A stretch of DNA of 54,061 nucleotides from an uncultured Anaerolineae bacterium. Lineage in GTDB: Bacteria > Chloroflexota > Anaerolineae > Fen-1058. The position numbers were made by a program, and so were the translations under genes. Positions 21,905 through 31,473 of this stretch are shown here, in pieces. The stretch is from assembly GCA_964354595.1 (NCBI GenBank), contig CAYHAR010000001.1:1-54061 (forward strand), written 5' to 3'. The notes under the pieces were generated by a model that did not search any database, had not been told where the DNA came from, and saw only the letters and a program-made list of their open reading frames with translations. The stretch's first letter is position 1, and each line of letters begins with the position of its first letter.

Positions 21905-22831
21905 CTAACTGGCTGCGGGTGCGGCTTTCTTGCGCCGCCGCGAACGCGCAAAGCGGATAATCAGGTACAGCGGCAAGCCGATCAGCAGCGCAGCCGGCAG
22001 GATACAGATGCCCGCAAGGATCAGGAGATCGCCGAGGCGTTGCAGCGACCAAATCAACGCCTGGAACGCGCTACGCGCAGTGCCCTGCGGTCGCCATGTG
22101 CCGATGGCGACGGGTTCCGCCAGCACGTCCGGCGTCAGCGTGATGTTGACCGTGGCAAACTTGACGTTCTCCTTCACCTTCAACTGCTGGCCGGTCAGCC
22201 GGTTGATCCGCCCCTGAACGTCATCGAGCCGCGCCTGGATGCTGAGAATGTCCTCCATCTTGGTGGCGCGGTCGAGTAGTGTGCGATACGAGTCACGCTG
22301 AGCAGTGAGGTTTTCAATCTCAGCTTGCGTGTCAGCGTATTGGTCGGTCACATCTTGACCATTGAGGTTTTCTTGTTCCACTTGCAATGCCAGCGCTTTG
22401 ATCTTGGACAGTGTTGCTTTGAGCTGGGCCAGGTCTTCACCGGGAACGCGAATCGTCATCGTTGCGCGAGCGTGCCCTTGATCCTGGTATGTGTTCGACG
22501 AGACGACGAATCCACCGACATTCTTGACGATCTGGGAGATTTGCTCTACGGTCACTGGCGTGTCTTTGACCACCAGCGAGAGTTGACCTGAGTAGACAAT
22601 CATCCGTTCCGCAGCGGCGGCATTGGCAGCCTGAGGCTGATTGCCAGGTTGAGTTTGGCTGCCGGCGGCTGGGGTAACTACTATGGCCTCTTCCACGGGC
22701 GCAGCAGGGGGCGGCGCTCCAGGGGCGAAGCCACGCGAGGCCTGAGGCGCAGGCGTAGCCGCGCCGCCACATCCGGCGGCTCCAGTCAGCAGCACGATCA
22801 CAAGCAGGGATCCAAAGATTTTTCGGTTCAT
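21905..22831 (-). CDS. DUF4349-like lipoprotein
   Basis: Lipobox LLTGAAGCGG, an Ala/Pro-rich linker, a coiled-coil (DQYADTQAEIENLTAQRDSYRTLLDRA) and C-terminal TM helices. Confidence 0.7.
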   Translation of the reverse strand: MNRKIFGSLLVIVLLTGAAGCGGAATPAPQASRGFAPGAPPPAAPVEEAIVVTPAAGSQTQPGNQPQAANAAAAERMIVYSGQLSLVVKDTPVTVEQISQIVKNVGGFVVSSNTYQDQGHARATMTIRVPGEDLAQLKATLSKIKALALQVEQENLNGQDVTDQYADTQAEIENLTAQRDSYRTLLDRATKMEDILSIQARLDDVQGRINRLTGQQLKVKENVKFATVNITLTPDVLAEPVAIGTWRPQGTARSAFQALIWSLQRLGDLLILAGICILPAALLIGLPLYLIIRFARSRRRKKAAPAAS

Positions 22832-22943
22832 CTCGACACTCCTTTCGCAAAGACCATTCTGCGCTCAGGACGCCTCTTCCAACTGCCGGGTTCCCACATC
22901 CACTCACCTCTCCGCCTGTTCCTAAACTTGCAGGAAGGTTAAT

Positions 22944-23678
22944 CTAATGTCCGACCGACAATCGCTCGATCAGGCGAACCGGCAACTTGACCTCGCGCAT
23001 TTTTTCCTGCGTTTCCTCGATGGGATACTCGACGCGACGATGCTCCAGCGTGTTCGCGTCCAGGTCGAGGATGGCATAAGAGGCATCTGGATCGCCGTCG
23101 CGCGGCTGGCCGACGCTGCCCGGGTTAATGATCCAGCGCCCGTCCGCCAGCGAGACGACCTTGCCACAGCGCGGCGGGCGTGGCTCGCACGGGCCATCGT
23201 CGTTGTCGTCCGAGATGTAAAAGCTCACGGGCACGTGCGTGTGCCCGACCAGGCAGATTTGCGTTTCGAAGGCAGTAAAATTCAATTCGGCGGTCAATGG
23301 ATCGAGGATGTATTCCCAGATCGGCTGGCGTGGGCTGCCGTGCGCCAGCGTATAGCCTTGTTCGACGCGCAACGGCGGCAAGTTTCGCAAGTAATCGCGC
23401 GCGGCCTGGTTGATCACGCCTTGCGTCCACTGGTTGGCGATGCGAGCGTCGGCATTAAAGCCGCGAATGTCCAACTTGCCCAGCACCGCCCAGTCGTGAT
23501 TGCCCGCCAGGCACACGTGTGGATGTTCGCGCAGCCGGTCGATGCACGCGTTAGGGTCCGGCCCATAACCGACCATATCGCCCAAGCACCAGATCACATC
23601 AAATGGGTTTGCGTCGTGGAGCACCGCTTCAAAAGCGGCGAGGTTGGCGTGAACGTCGGAAACGACTAGACAACGCAT
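22944..23678 (-). CDS. metallophosphoesterase family protein
   Basis: Calcineurin-like motifs VVSDVHAN, LGDMVGYGP, GNHD, VGHTH. Confidence 0.8.
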   Translation of the reverse strand: MRCLVVSDVHANLAAFEAVLHDANPFDVIWCLGDMVGYGPDPNACIDRLREHPHVCLAGNHDWAVLGKLDIRGFNADARIANQWTQGVINQAARDYLRNLPPLRVEQGYTLAHGSPRQPIWEYILDPLTAELNFTAFETQICLVGHTHVPVSFYISDDNDDGPCEPRPPRCGKVVSLADGRWIINPGSVGQPRDGDPDASYAILDLDANTLEHRRVEYPIEETQEKMREVKLPVRLIERLSVGH

Positions 23679-23775
23679 AAAGGAATGTCTCTTGGTCGAG
23701 ATGCGATAAGTGTATCACGGATTTCGCAGGACGCAAGAGGCAGAACCAAGAAACACTCGGCGGTAGAATGGTTGT

Positions 23776-23804
23776 TTGACAGTTATTCAGCCTTCGTTTA
23801 TAAT
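23776..23804 (+). promoter_or_regulatory. consensus sigma70-type promoter upstream of secD
   Basis: TTGACA (23776..23781), a 17-nt spacer, then TATAAT (23799..23804). It lies 57 nt upstream of the secD ATG. Confidence 0.55.
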
Positions 23805-23860
23805 CAGCTTTGCTTGCCGGCCATTGCGTGGCCGGTTATTTTCTGCAATGAGGACTCGAC

Positions 23861-25336
23861 ATGAAAGACCGCACCCTAGTCTGGTTGATCATTGTCATCA
23901 CCCTCGTGGCGGTGACAATCGTGGTCAGCGTGACCAACGTAGAGTATCAACGCCCCAAAGGACTGACCGGCGAAGACATGACGCAGCCCGTCTGGGCCAA
24001 GTTGCTGTTTTGGCAGTCGTCAGAGCGCCGCGCGATCAAAGTGGCGCAAGGGCTGGATTTGCAGGGCGGGCTGCAAGTGGTGATGGAAGCTGACGTGCCG
24101 TCGAACGTGGCCGTGGCCGCCGAAGATATGGACGCGGCCATCACCGTGATCCGCAACCGCGTGGATGCGTTGGGCGTGACCGAGCCGTTGGTGCAAAAAT
24201 TCGGCGACCGGCGCATCGTCTTGGAACTGCCCGGCGTCAGCGATCCCGAACTGGCGATCGCCACTGTCCGCGAGCAGGCGTTCCTGGAATTTGTGGACGC
24301 CGGCTACACCGACATCCCCGAAGGCACCAAGATTCGCACCAATATCTCCACGGCCAGCGAGGCGGAGACGCCGATACCCGTCACGACTACGGCGACGCTC
24401 ACTGGCACAGGGGCACTCACCGAGTCGCAGCGCACCTACGAGACCGTCATCAACGGCAAACACATGGCCTCGGTGCGCGTGACGCGCGGCCAGCTCAACG
24501 AACCCGAGGTCGCCTTCCAGCTCAATCCTTCGGGGGTGAGCATCTTTGCCCAGTTCACTGCGGCCAATAACGAACAAACACTGGGCGGGCGACGTTACTA
24601 TCTGTGTATCGTGCTGGACAAGGTTGTCGTCTCTTGTCCCAGCATCCGCAGCCCTATTCCTGAAGGACAGGGCGTCATCACGCTGGGCAGCAGCGCCAGC
24701 ATCGAAGCGGCGCAGAAGCTGGCAATCCAATTGCGCTCCGGCTCGCTGCCCACAGCGTTGCGCGTGGTCGAAAGCCGCGCGGTTGGTCCGACGCTCGGCC
24801 AGGACTCTATCAATCGAAGCATCACCGCCGGGGTGATCGGCTTGATCATGGTGTTGGCCTTTATGCTGCTCTACTACCGGCTGCCGGGCGCGCTGGCCGA
24901 CCTGGCGCTCATCACCTTTGCTCTGATCACGTTCGCGCTCTACAAGCTGATCCCCGTCACGCTGACGCTGCCCGGCATTGCCGGTTTCTTGCTCTCGACG
25001 GGCATGGCGGTGGACGCCAACGTGTTGATCTTTGAGCGCATGAAAGAAGAACTGCGCGCCGGGCGCAGCTTGCGCGCAGCGGTCGAGGCCGGCTTTGACC
25101 GGGCCTGGGCCGCCATCCGCGACTCGAACCTGTCCACCCTCATCACGTGTGTCATCTTGTTCGGGTTCGGCTCTCAATTCGGCGCCAGCACCGTCAAGGG
25201 CTTTGCGATCACCTTGTTCATGGGCGTACTGATCAGCATGTTCACCGCGGTCATTGTCACGCACACGTTCCTGCGCACGGTGACGGCCTGGGTGGGCGAC
25301 CGGTTGAACGACAAGCGCTGGCTGATGGGGGTGTAG
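23861..25336 (+). CDS. secD: protein translocase subunit SecD
   Basis: N-terminal TM helix, a periplasmic domain (LGLDLQGG...), and a C-terminal 5-TM SecD/F block (GMAVDANVLIFERMKEE). Confidence 0.9.
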   Translation: MKDRTLVWLIIVITLVAVTIVVSVTNVEYQRPKGLTGEDMTQPVWAKLLFWQSSERRAIKVAQGLDLQGGLQVVMEADVPSNVAVAAEDMDAAITVIRNRVDALGVTEPLVQKFGDRRIVLELPGVSDPELAIATVREQAFLEFVDAGYTDIPEGTKIRTNISTASEAETPIPVTTTATLTGTGALTESQRTYETVINGKHMASVRVTRGQLNEPEVAFQLNPSGVSIFAQFTAANNEQTLGGRRYYLCIVLDKVVVSCPSIRSPIPEGQGVITLGSSASIEAAQKLAIQLRSGSLPTALRVVESRAVGPTLGQDSINRSITAGVIGLIMVLAFMLLYYRLPGALADLALITFALITFALYKLIPVTLTLPGIAGFLLSTGMAVDANVLIFERMKEELRAGRSLRAAVEAGFDRAWAAIRDSNLSTLITCVILFGFGSQFGASTVKGFAITLFMGVLISMFTAVIVTHTFLRTVTAWVGDRLNDKRWLMGV

Positions 25337-25337
25337 C

Positions 25338-26288
25338 ATGTGGAACTTTGTTCAAAATCGCAGATGGTATTACTTGTTCTCGTCCGCCGTGATTTTGCTG
25401 GGCGTGGCCGCCATGGTTTATTCGACGATCACGTTCGGCTCGCCCGTGCGCTTGGGTGTTGACTTTACGGGCGGCAGCTTGTTCGTGCTCCAGTTCAAAG
25501 GCGCGGCGACCGAAGGTGGCATTCGTACGGTGTTCACCGATTTCGGTGAAGGTAATGCAATGATTCAGCGCCTCGGTCGCCTAGAAGATAACCTCTGGCA
25601 GGTGCGCGCCAGCTTTATGGAATCTGACAAGGTGAATCAGATCAAGGCCGCGCTGGGCAGCTCTATCGCGTCGCTGGACACGAATCGCTCGACGTTTGAC
25701 GTCGTCAATCCGTCCATCGGCGGCGAGGTGACGCGCGCGGCTCTATACGCCGTCATTGTGACTGCGCTGGTCATCCTGGTGTTCATCTGGTTCGCATTCC
25801 GGCGCGTGCCGCACTCGGTGCGCTATGCCGCCTGCGCCATTGTCGCCGTCGTCCACAACATCCTGGTGACGACTGGCATGATGAGCCTGGCAGGGTTGCT
25901 CTTGGGCTGGGAAGCAGACGTGCTGTTCCTGACGGCGATGCTCACCGTGATCGGCTTTAGCGTTCAGGATACGATCGTCGTCTATGACCGTATCCGCGAG
26001 AATATTCCCAAGCGGCGCGGCGAGCCGTTCGAGGCCATCGTCAACCGCAGCCTGCTGGAGGTGTTGCAGCGATCATTGACCACGCAGCTCAACGCCATCT
26101 TTGTTATGGTGTGCATACTGCTGTTCGGCGGCGCGACGATCAAGCAGTTTATCGCTGTTATGCTGGTCGGCTTGATGAGCGGGACGTACGCCTCGCTCTG
26201 CAACGCGGTGCCGCTGGTCGTCTCGTGGGAGTTGGGCGAGTTCCGCAATCTGTTCGGTTTGCTCGGCCCGCGCCCGTCACAAGCGTAA
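25338..26288 (+). CDS. secF: protein translocase subunit SecF
   Basis: Starts immediately after secD. Contains GVDFTGG and SVQDTIVVYDRIREN. Confidence 0.9.
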   Translation: MWNFVQNRRWYYLFSSAVILLGVAAMVYSTITFGSPVRLGVDFTGGSLFVLQFKGAATEGGIRTVFTDFGEGNAMIQRLGRLEDNLWQVRASFMESDKVNQIKAALGSSIASLDTNRSTFDVVNPSIGGEVTRAALYAVIVTALVILVFIWFAFRRVPHSVRYAACAIVAVVHNILVTTGMMSLAGLLLGWEADVLFLTAMLTVIGFSVQDTIVVYDRIRENIPKRRGEPFEAIVNRSLLEVLQRSLTTQLNAIFVMVCILLFGGATIKQFIAVMLVGLMSGTYASLCNAVPLVVSWELGEFRNLFGLLGPRPSQA

Positions 26289-26309
26289 TAGCAAGACCTC
26301 AACGCAAGG

Positions 26310-26374
26310 CGCCAAGACGCCAGGTCGCAAAGTTTCCATTGACCTTTGCGCCTTGTCGGCTTGGCGTCTTGGCG
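26310..26374. repeat. interrupted long hairpin built from CGCCAAGACGCC / GGCGTCTTGGCG words
   Basis: 12-bp outer arms at 26310..26321 and 26363..26374, plus an inner CGCAAAG/CTTTGCG pair. Located between the secF stop and the next gene. Confidence 0.5.
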
Positions 26375-26390
26375 TTAAAGAAGGTGAAGG

Positions 26391-27086
26391 ATGCTTTACA
26401 GCGTTTCGCCTGAACTGTTCACGCGTTATCCTGGCTACGTGCGCGGCGTGGTCGTCGTGAGGGACGCGGTCAACCTCGAAGGGCCGATTGACGAGGTGGC
26501 GCGGATGCTCAAGAGCGCTCAAGAGACGCTGCGCGCGCGGACCGATTTGGACGGCCATCCGAATTTTGCAGCGTGGCGCGCGGCGTATTCGGCGTTTGGC
26601 GCAAGACCGAGCAAGTATCTCGTCTCCATCGAGGCGATGGTCAAGCGCGCGCGCAAGGGTGGCGAACTGCCCTACATCAACGCACTCGCCGCGCTGTGCA
26701 ACGTCGCCTCGCTCAAGAACATTGTCCCCATCGGCGGGCACGACGTAGGCGTGTGCGCCGAGCCGCTCTGGTTGCGCTATGCAACTGGCGATGAGACGTT
26801 CACGCCGTTCGGCACGACAGAAGTCGAGCATCCCGAACCGGGCGAAGTCGTCTATCTTTCCGGCAAGACGGTGCTGTGTCGCCGCTGGACGTGGCGGCAG
26901 GCCGAGTTCACCAAGCTGACGCGCGAAACAACGCGCGTTGCCATCAACGTGGACGGCCTGCTACCCGTCACGCGCGCCGACGTGGAAGCGATTTGCCAGG
27001 AGCTGGCCGGCTGGACGCGCACGTACTGCGGCGCGCAAGCGGAATGCAAGTATTTGGCGGAGGATTCGCCAGTGATGGAAGTTTGA
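26391..27086 (+). CDS. B3/B4 tRNA-binding-domain-containing protein
   Basis: LPYINALAALCNVASLKNIVPIGGHD and overall similarity to stand-alone PheT B3/4-like proteins. Confidence 0.65.
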   Translation: MLYSVSPELFTRYPGYVRGVVVVRDAVNLEGPIDEVARMLKSAQETLRARTDLDGHPNFAAWRAAYSAFGARPSKYLVSIEAMVKRARKGGELPYINALAALCNVASLKNIVPIGGHDVGVCAEPLWLRYATGDETFTPFGTTEVEHPEPGEVVYLSGKTVLCRRWTWRQAEFTKLTRETTRVAINVDGLLPVTRADVEAICQELAGWTRTYCGAQAECKYLAEDSPVMEV

Positions 27087-27148
27087 GCGCAAGTCGGAGG
27101 TCGGAAATCAGATTTCGGATAGCGACTCTGACTTGAAAGAGGTGAGCC

Positions 27149-28108
27149 ATGCGCGCGCTTTACCTGGACAAGACACTGACGCTACGTGAAGATTACCCCG
27201 CGCCGATTCCACCGCCGGGCGAGGCGCTGGTTCGCGTCCGGCTGGCGGGCGTGTGCAACACGGACCTGGAACTGGCGCGGGGCTACCTGTCGTTTCGCGG
27301 CGTGCCAGGCCACGAGTTTGTCGGCGAGGTCGTCCGATGCGAGTCTGCGCCGGAGTGGATCGGCCAGCGCGTCGTCGGCGAGATCAACGCGGCGTGCGGA
27401 GCGTGCGAGGCGTGTCGCGCGAACCGCCCGACGCATTGCCCGCATCGCACCACGCTCGGCATCGCCGGGCGCGACGGCGCATTTGCCGAATATCTGTGCT
27501 TGCCCGTCGTCAATCTGCATCGTGTGCCGGACAGTGTGTCCGATGAAACCGCCGTATTCGCCGAGCCGCTGGCCGCCGCGTGCGAGATCACGCAAGCTGT
27601 CCACATCCGCCCGACGGATCGCGTGGTCGTGCTGGGCGATGGCAAACTGGGCCTCTTGTGCGCGCAGGTGTTGCAACTGACCGGTTGCGATTTGCTGGTC
27701 ATCGGCCATCACTTGGAGTCGTTGGGGATTCTAGCGCAGCGGGGCATCCGAACCACACAAGACCTGACAGGTCTCCCAGACTTGTCAGGTCTATATGACA
27801 TCGTTGTGGAGGCGACCGGCACACCGGAGGGGTTTGCTATGGCTCGGCAGCTCGTCCGCCCGCGCGGAACGATAGTCCTCAAATCCACCTATCACGGCGC
27901 AGTGGAAGCCAATCTCACTATGGTTGTTGTAGATGAAGTCTCGCTGGTCGGCTCGCGTTGTGGCCCTTTCGAGCCGGCGCTGCGATTATTGGAGCAAAAA
28001 CTCAAAGTGTCGCCGCTCATCCAGGCCCGTTATTCGTTAGCCGAGGGTCTGGCGGCGTTCGAGCGCGCGGGACAGCGAGGAACACTAAAGGTGCTCATCG
28101 AATTTTGA
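27149..28108 (+). CDS. zinc-dependent alcohol dehydrogenase family (MDR) oxidoreductase
   Basis: GVCNTDLE, GHEFVGEV, structural Zn Cys cluster (CGACEACRANRPTHC), and Rossmann motif VLGDGKLG. Confidence 0.8.
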   Translation: MRALYLDKTLTLREDYPAPIPPPGEALVRVRLAGVCNTDLELARGYLSFRGVPGHEFVGEVVRCESAPEWIGQRVVGEINAACGACEACRANRPTHCPHRTTLGIAGRDGAFAEYLCLPVVNLHRVPDSVSDETAVFAEPLAAACEITQAVHIRPTDRVVVLGDGKLGLLCAQVLQLTGCDLLVIGHHLESLGILAQRGIRTTQDLTGLPDLSGLYDIVVEATGTPEGFAMARQLVRPRGTIVLKSTYHGAVEANLTMVVVDEVSLVGSRCGPFEPALRLLEQKLKVSPLIQARYSLAEGLAAFERAGQRGTLKVLIEF

Positions 28109-28133
28109 ATGACGAATGACGACATTCGTCATT
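28108..28133. terminator. 10-bp perfect hairpin between convergent genes (AATGACGAAT / ATTCGTCATT)
   Basis: Arms at 28108..28117 and 28124..28133 with a 6-nt loop. Overlaps both stop codons (28106..28108 on +, 28129..28131 on -). T-run on the left flank. Confidence 0.4.
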
Positions 28134-29334
28134 GGTTCTTTGTCACAGGCAGCGTGAACGTCATGGTCGTGCCGACGTCCACCTGGCTTTCGGCTTCGAT
28201 CTGGCCCCCGTGCGCTTCGATGAGTTGTTTGACGATAGACAGCCCCAGGCCGGTGCCCTGCGCCCATCCTTCAGAATCGGGCACGCGATAAAATTTCTCA
28301 AACAAATGCGGCAGAGCATCCGGCGGAATGCCTTTGCCCGTGTCCTTGATCTGCACCCGCATACCGTTGTTGTCTGCGCCCACAATGATCTCGACACGGC
28401 CCCCTTCACGGTTGTATTTGATGGCGTTGCTGACGAGATTGATCATCACCTGCTTTAACCGCTCCTGGTCGCCTTTTACCAGCGGCAGGTTATCGGGGAC
28501 CTGGCCGATCAACGTCAATCCGCGCTGAGAGGCCTGCGGCTGTATCAACTGCACGACTTCGCGCACGAGGCGATCCATCTCCACCGGCTGGCGCGCGATG
28601 CGCGTCCGGCCTGACTGCAAGCGCGCCAGGTCGAGAAAGTCGTTGATGAATTGCGCCAGGCGCGTGGATTCTTTATTAATCGTCTCGGCGAACTGGGCGA
28701 CCATCTCTGGCTTGAGGTTGGGGCGCAGCAACAGCTCGCTGTAGGCCACGATGCCGGTCAACGGCGTGCGCAGCTCGTGAACCATGTCGGCGATCTGGTC
28801 GCTCTGCGCGAACAGCTGCGCGTTTTGAATGGCGACGGCGGCTTGCGCGGCGAGCGTGTTGAGTATCTCAATATCCTCTTGGCTGAATGACTCGCTGCCG
28901 CACTTGTTGACCGCCTCCAGGCAGCCGATGGTCTTGTCCTTGACCTTGAGCGGGACAGCCAGGATCGAGCGCGTGGTGAACGCGCTCTGGGCGTCGGCTT
29001 GCTTGTAAACGCGAGTGTCCCGGCTGGTGTCCGCGATGATCAGCGGCTCGCCGCTGCGACACACCCACCCGGCGATGCTGGAATCCAGCGGTACGACGAC
29101 GCGCTTGATCGCCTCGCCGCTGCCGCTGGCTGCCTCAAAGTAAAGCTCGCCGCTTTTGCTATCGAGCAACAAGATGGAGCTGGCCTCGCTGTCGGTCGTC
29201 TCGCGCGCCGAATTGACGATGAGATCGAGCAGCGTGGGCAGGTCGAGTGTGGAATTGAGCACGCGGCCCAACACCAGCAGCGCTTCCAATCGCTCCAGGC
29301 GACTGGTCTGTTTGGTCGAATCAGACTTGGTCAT
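28129..29334 (-). CDS. GAF-domain sensor histidine kinase
   Basis: GAF region, H-box HELRTPLT, N-box NLVSNAIKY, and G-boxes DTGKGI / GTGLGLSIV. Start set at the internal ATG 29334. Confidence 0.85.
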   Translation of the reverse strand: MTKSDSTKQTSRLERLEALLVLGRVLNSTLDLPTLLDLIVNSARETTDSEASSILLLDSKSGELYFEAASGSGEAIKRVVVPLDSSIAGWVCRSGEPLIIADTSRDTRVYKQADAQSAFTTRSILAVPLKVKDKTIGCLEAVNKCGSESFSQEDIEILNTLAAQAAVAIQNAQLFAQSDQIADMVHELRTPLTGIVAYSELLLRPNLKPEMVAQFAETINKESTRLAQFINDFLDLARLQSGRTRIARQPVEMDRLVREVVQLIQPQASQRGLTLIGQVPDNLPLVKGDQERLKQVMINLVSNAIKYNREGGRVEIIVGADNNGMRVQIKDTGKGIPPDALPHLFEKFYRVPDSEGWAQGTGLGLSIVKQLIEAHGGQIEAESQVDVGTTMTFTLPVTKNQ

Positions 29335-30094
29335 ATTCGGGGGTCGGCATTCCGCAAGCTTGGGCGATTTGGGGCAGGATTTTGGCCACGTCGTCGTGGA
29401 GCGTGACGTCCGCCTGGTCGTCCAAGTACGTGGGTTGCAGATTGACAATGATCAGCCGCGCGCCGTGCCGCCGCGCGAGATAGGGCAGCTCGGACGCGGG
29501 CGCCACTTCTAGCGACGATCCTGCCACCAGCATCACGTCGCACTGCTGCGAGTGGCGCTGCGCGTCCCGCATCACCACGGCCGGGAGCTGCTCGCCGAAC
29601 AAGATGGCATTCGGCTTGAGCACGTTGCCGCACTCGGGACAACGCGGCAGGCCGCCCTCGGCCAAAAATGTTTCCACAAATTGCTCGCTGGCAAAGACCT
29701 TGTAGCAGCGAATACACGTCGCCTGGCGCAAGTGACCGTGAACTTCGAGCACGCATCGGCTGCCGGCTTTTTGGTGCAGCCCGTCAATGTTTTGGGTGAT
29801 GACGGCCTTGAGGACTCTTACGGCTTCCATCTGGGCCAATGCCTTGTGCGCCGGGTTAGGTTGCGCTTCCAGCACGAGGCGCGCCAGCGGGCGGATCCAA
29901 TTGAAAAACACTTCCGGCCTTTGACGGAACGCGGCGACGGAGGCGACTTGCATTGGGTCCACTTGCTCCCAGAGGCCATAGCCGGGGCTGCGAAAGTCCG
30001 GGATGCCAGAGCGCGTCGAGACGCCTGCCCCGGTCAGCGCGATGGCGTGATGTGAGTGGAGCAGCAGGTCAACTGCCTGGTCAATCGGGCTCAT
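29321..30094 (-). CDS. cobB: NAD-dependent protein deacylase (Sir2/CobB family)
   Basis: GAGVSTRSGIPDFRS, QNIDGLH, catalytic HG, and zinc ribbon CxxC...CPxC. Confidence 0.8.
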   Translation of the reverse strand: MSPIDQAVDLLLHSHHAIALTGAGVSTRSGIPDFRSPGYGLWEQVDPMQVASVAAFRQRPEVFFNWIRPLARLVLEAQPNPAHKALAQMEAVRVLKAVITQNIDGLHQKAGSRCVLEVHGHLRQATCIRCYKVFASEQFVETFLAEGGLPRCPECGNVLKPNAILFGEQLPAVVMRDAQRHSQQCDVMLVAGSSLEVAPASELPYLARRHGARLIIVNLQPTYLDDQADVTLHDDVAKILPQIAQACGMPTPEYDQV

Positions 30095-31224
30095 TTCGAT
30101 ACGACGAGTTTCGTCAAATCACGAATCTGGGTGGATACGAGATTGCCGGGTTGCATCAAGTAGAGTGGCACGCCCTTTTCGACTGCCTGAAACGACAGCT
30201 CGGGCACGGCCGGGATGACCGAGACGACTTCACCCAACATTCCTTCGACGGCGCTCTTGGTCACGGTGGCCGCCGAGGGCGCGCGGTTGAACAGCACCAG
30301 GCCGATGTGGTCGCGCAGCACATCCATTGCCTGCAATTGGGCGATCATCTCTTGGGCCAGGGCCAGCGACACGCGCTGCGGCTCGGCGACCAGCACGATA
30401 TAGCGGCACTGCTTGATGGCGGCGCGCCCGGCGTCTTCCAGCCCGCAGCCCAGGTCGAACACCAAATAGTCGCACAGCCGGCCCAACTGCTGAATGGTGG
30501 CTTCGGTCTGGGGCGCTGGCAATGCGCCGCGGCGCGGCTCGGGGGATGCCAGCAACAGCCGGATGCCGCTCGAGTGCGTGATGAGGTGTGATTCTACCAG
30601 GCGCTGGTCCAAATCTTCGGCTGGCCGGGTCATCAGCGTGGCCAGCCCGGTCGGGCGAGTGAATCCCAATTGCAGCCCGGCGCCGCCCGACCCGGACACC
30701 AACTCGGCCATGATCACGCGCTTGCCCTGGGCGACATCTTGCGCCAGCGCCACGGCCACGTTCACGGCCAGCGTCGTCGTGCCCACGCCGCCCTTGCAGC
30801 CGATAAAGCCGATGGTGTGAGCCGCCACGGTGGGCGCGGCCTCTCTGGCGCGCGCCGACCGAAGCAGGATGGCTTCCACGTGGCTGGCCAGCTCGGCCGG
30901 GTGAATCGGCTTGGTGAGATAGTCGTCGGCGCCGGCCTGAAAGCCCGCGACTTTATCGCCCACCTGCGTCTTGGCGGTGAACATGATGACGGGGATGGAC
31001 GCCGTCTTGGGGTTCGCGCGCAGACGGCGACAGACTTCGTAGCCGTCAATATCCGGCATCATCACGTCGAGGATGATCAGGTCGGGTATCTCGCTTTCGA
31101 CCTTGGCGAGCGCCTGCGCCCCGTTCTGCGCCGCCGTGATCTGGTAGCCTCGACGTTGCAACATCAGGCCGATCAGCTTGAGCGTATCTACGTCGTCGTC
31201 AATGAGAAGAATCTTTTCTGTCAC
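30091..31224 (-). CDS. response-regulator receiver domain fused to ParA/MinD/CpaE-like ATPase domain
   Basis: REC domain (ILLIDDDVD...LIILDVMMPDIDG...TAK), then a deviant Walker A (GCKGGVGTTT). Confidence 0.8.
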   Translation of the reverse strand: MTEKILLIDDDVDTLKLIGLMLQRRGYQITAAQNGAQALAKVESEIPDLIILDVMMPDIDGYEVCRRLRANPKTASIPVIMFTAKTQVGDKVAGFQAGADDYLTKPIHPAELASHVEAILLRSARAREAAPTVAAHTIGFIGCKGGVGTTTLAVNVAVALAQDVAQGKRVIMAELVSGSGGAGLQLGFTRPTGLATLMTRPAEDLDQRLVESHLITHSSGIRLLLASPEPRRGALPAPQTEATIQQLGRLCDYLVFDLGCGLEDAGRAAIKQCRYIVLVAEPQRVSLALAQEMIAQLQAMDVLRDHIGLVLFNRAPSAATVTKSAVEGMLGEVVSVIPAVPELSFQAVEKGVPLYLMQPGNLVSTQIRDLTKLVVSK

Positions 31225-31273
31225 CGTTTCCTCTCCTCTGGGGGCGCACTAACTTTAGCACAAATCGGGTCTA

Positions 31274-31286
31274 ATGGCAACAGTGA
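31274..31286. repeat. left copy of the 13-bp direct repeat ATGGCAACAGTGA flanking the accessory island
   Basis: Exact 13-mer, also present at 45564..45576. GCACAA lies 9-10 nt upstream of both copies. Confidence 0.4.
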
Positions 31287-31445
31287 ATCAATTGCTAATC
31301 TTTACCGCCTCTCTTCCCCTGGACACTGGCCCCGTCACCTCTGCCTTGCTCACCCAGGTCGGGCAACCGGCAGCAGTGTGATACCACGGAACAGCGACTT
31401 GGCCAGGCTAGATGGCTTGGCTTTTGTTGTGGCTACACTGTCGCA

Positions 31446-31473
31446 TTGACAAACAGGGTGATGGGTCTATAAT
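31446..31473 (+). promoter_or_regulatory. consensus sigma70-type promoter at the start of an ORF-free ~750-nt leader
   Basis: TTGACA (31446..31451), a 16-nt spacer, then TATAAT (31468..31473). It faces the helicase gene. No convincing ORF lies between it and 32227. Confidence 0.45.

Noticed and set aside
29321-30094. The Sir2-domain protein as an NAD-depleting defence effector (ThsA/DSR/SIR2-HerA-like), given its position next to the island.
   Set aside because: It is a short (257 aa) canonical CobB-type sirtuin with GAGVSxxSGIPDFR, catalytic HG and a CxxC...CxxC zinc ribbon. It has no fused sensor domain. It is translationally coupled to a two-component system and lies outside the repeat-delimited island.
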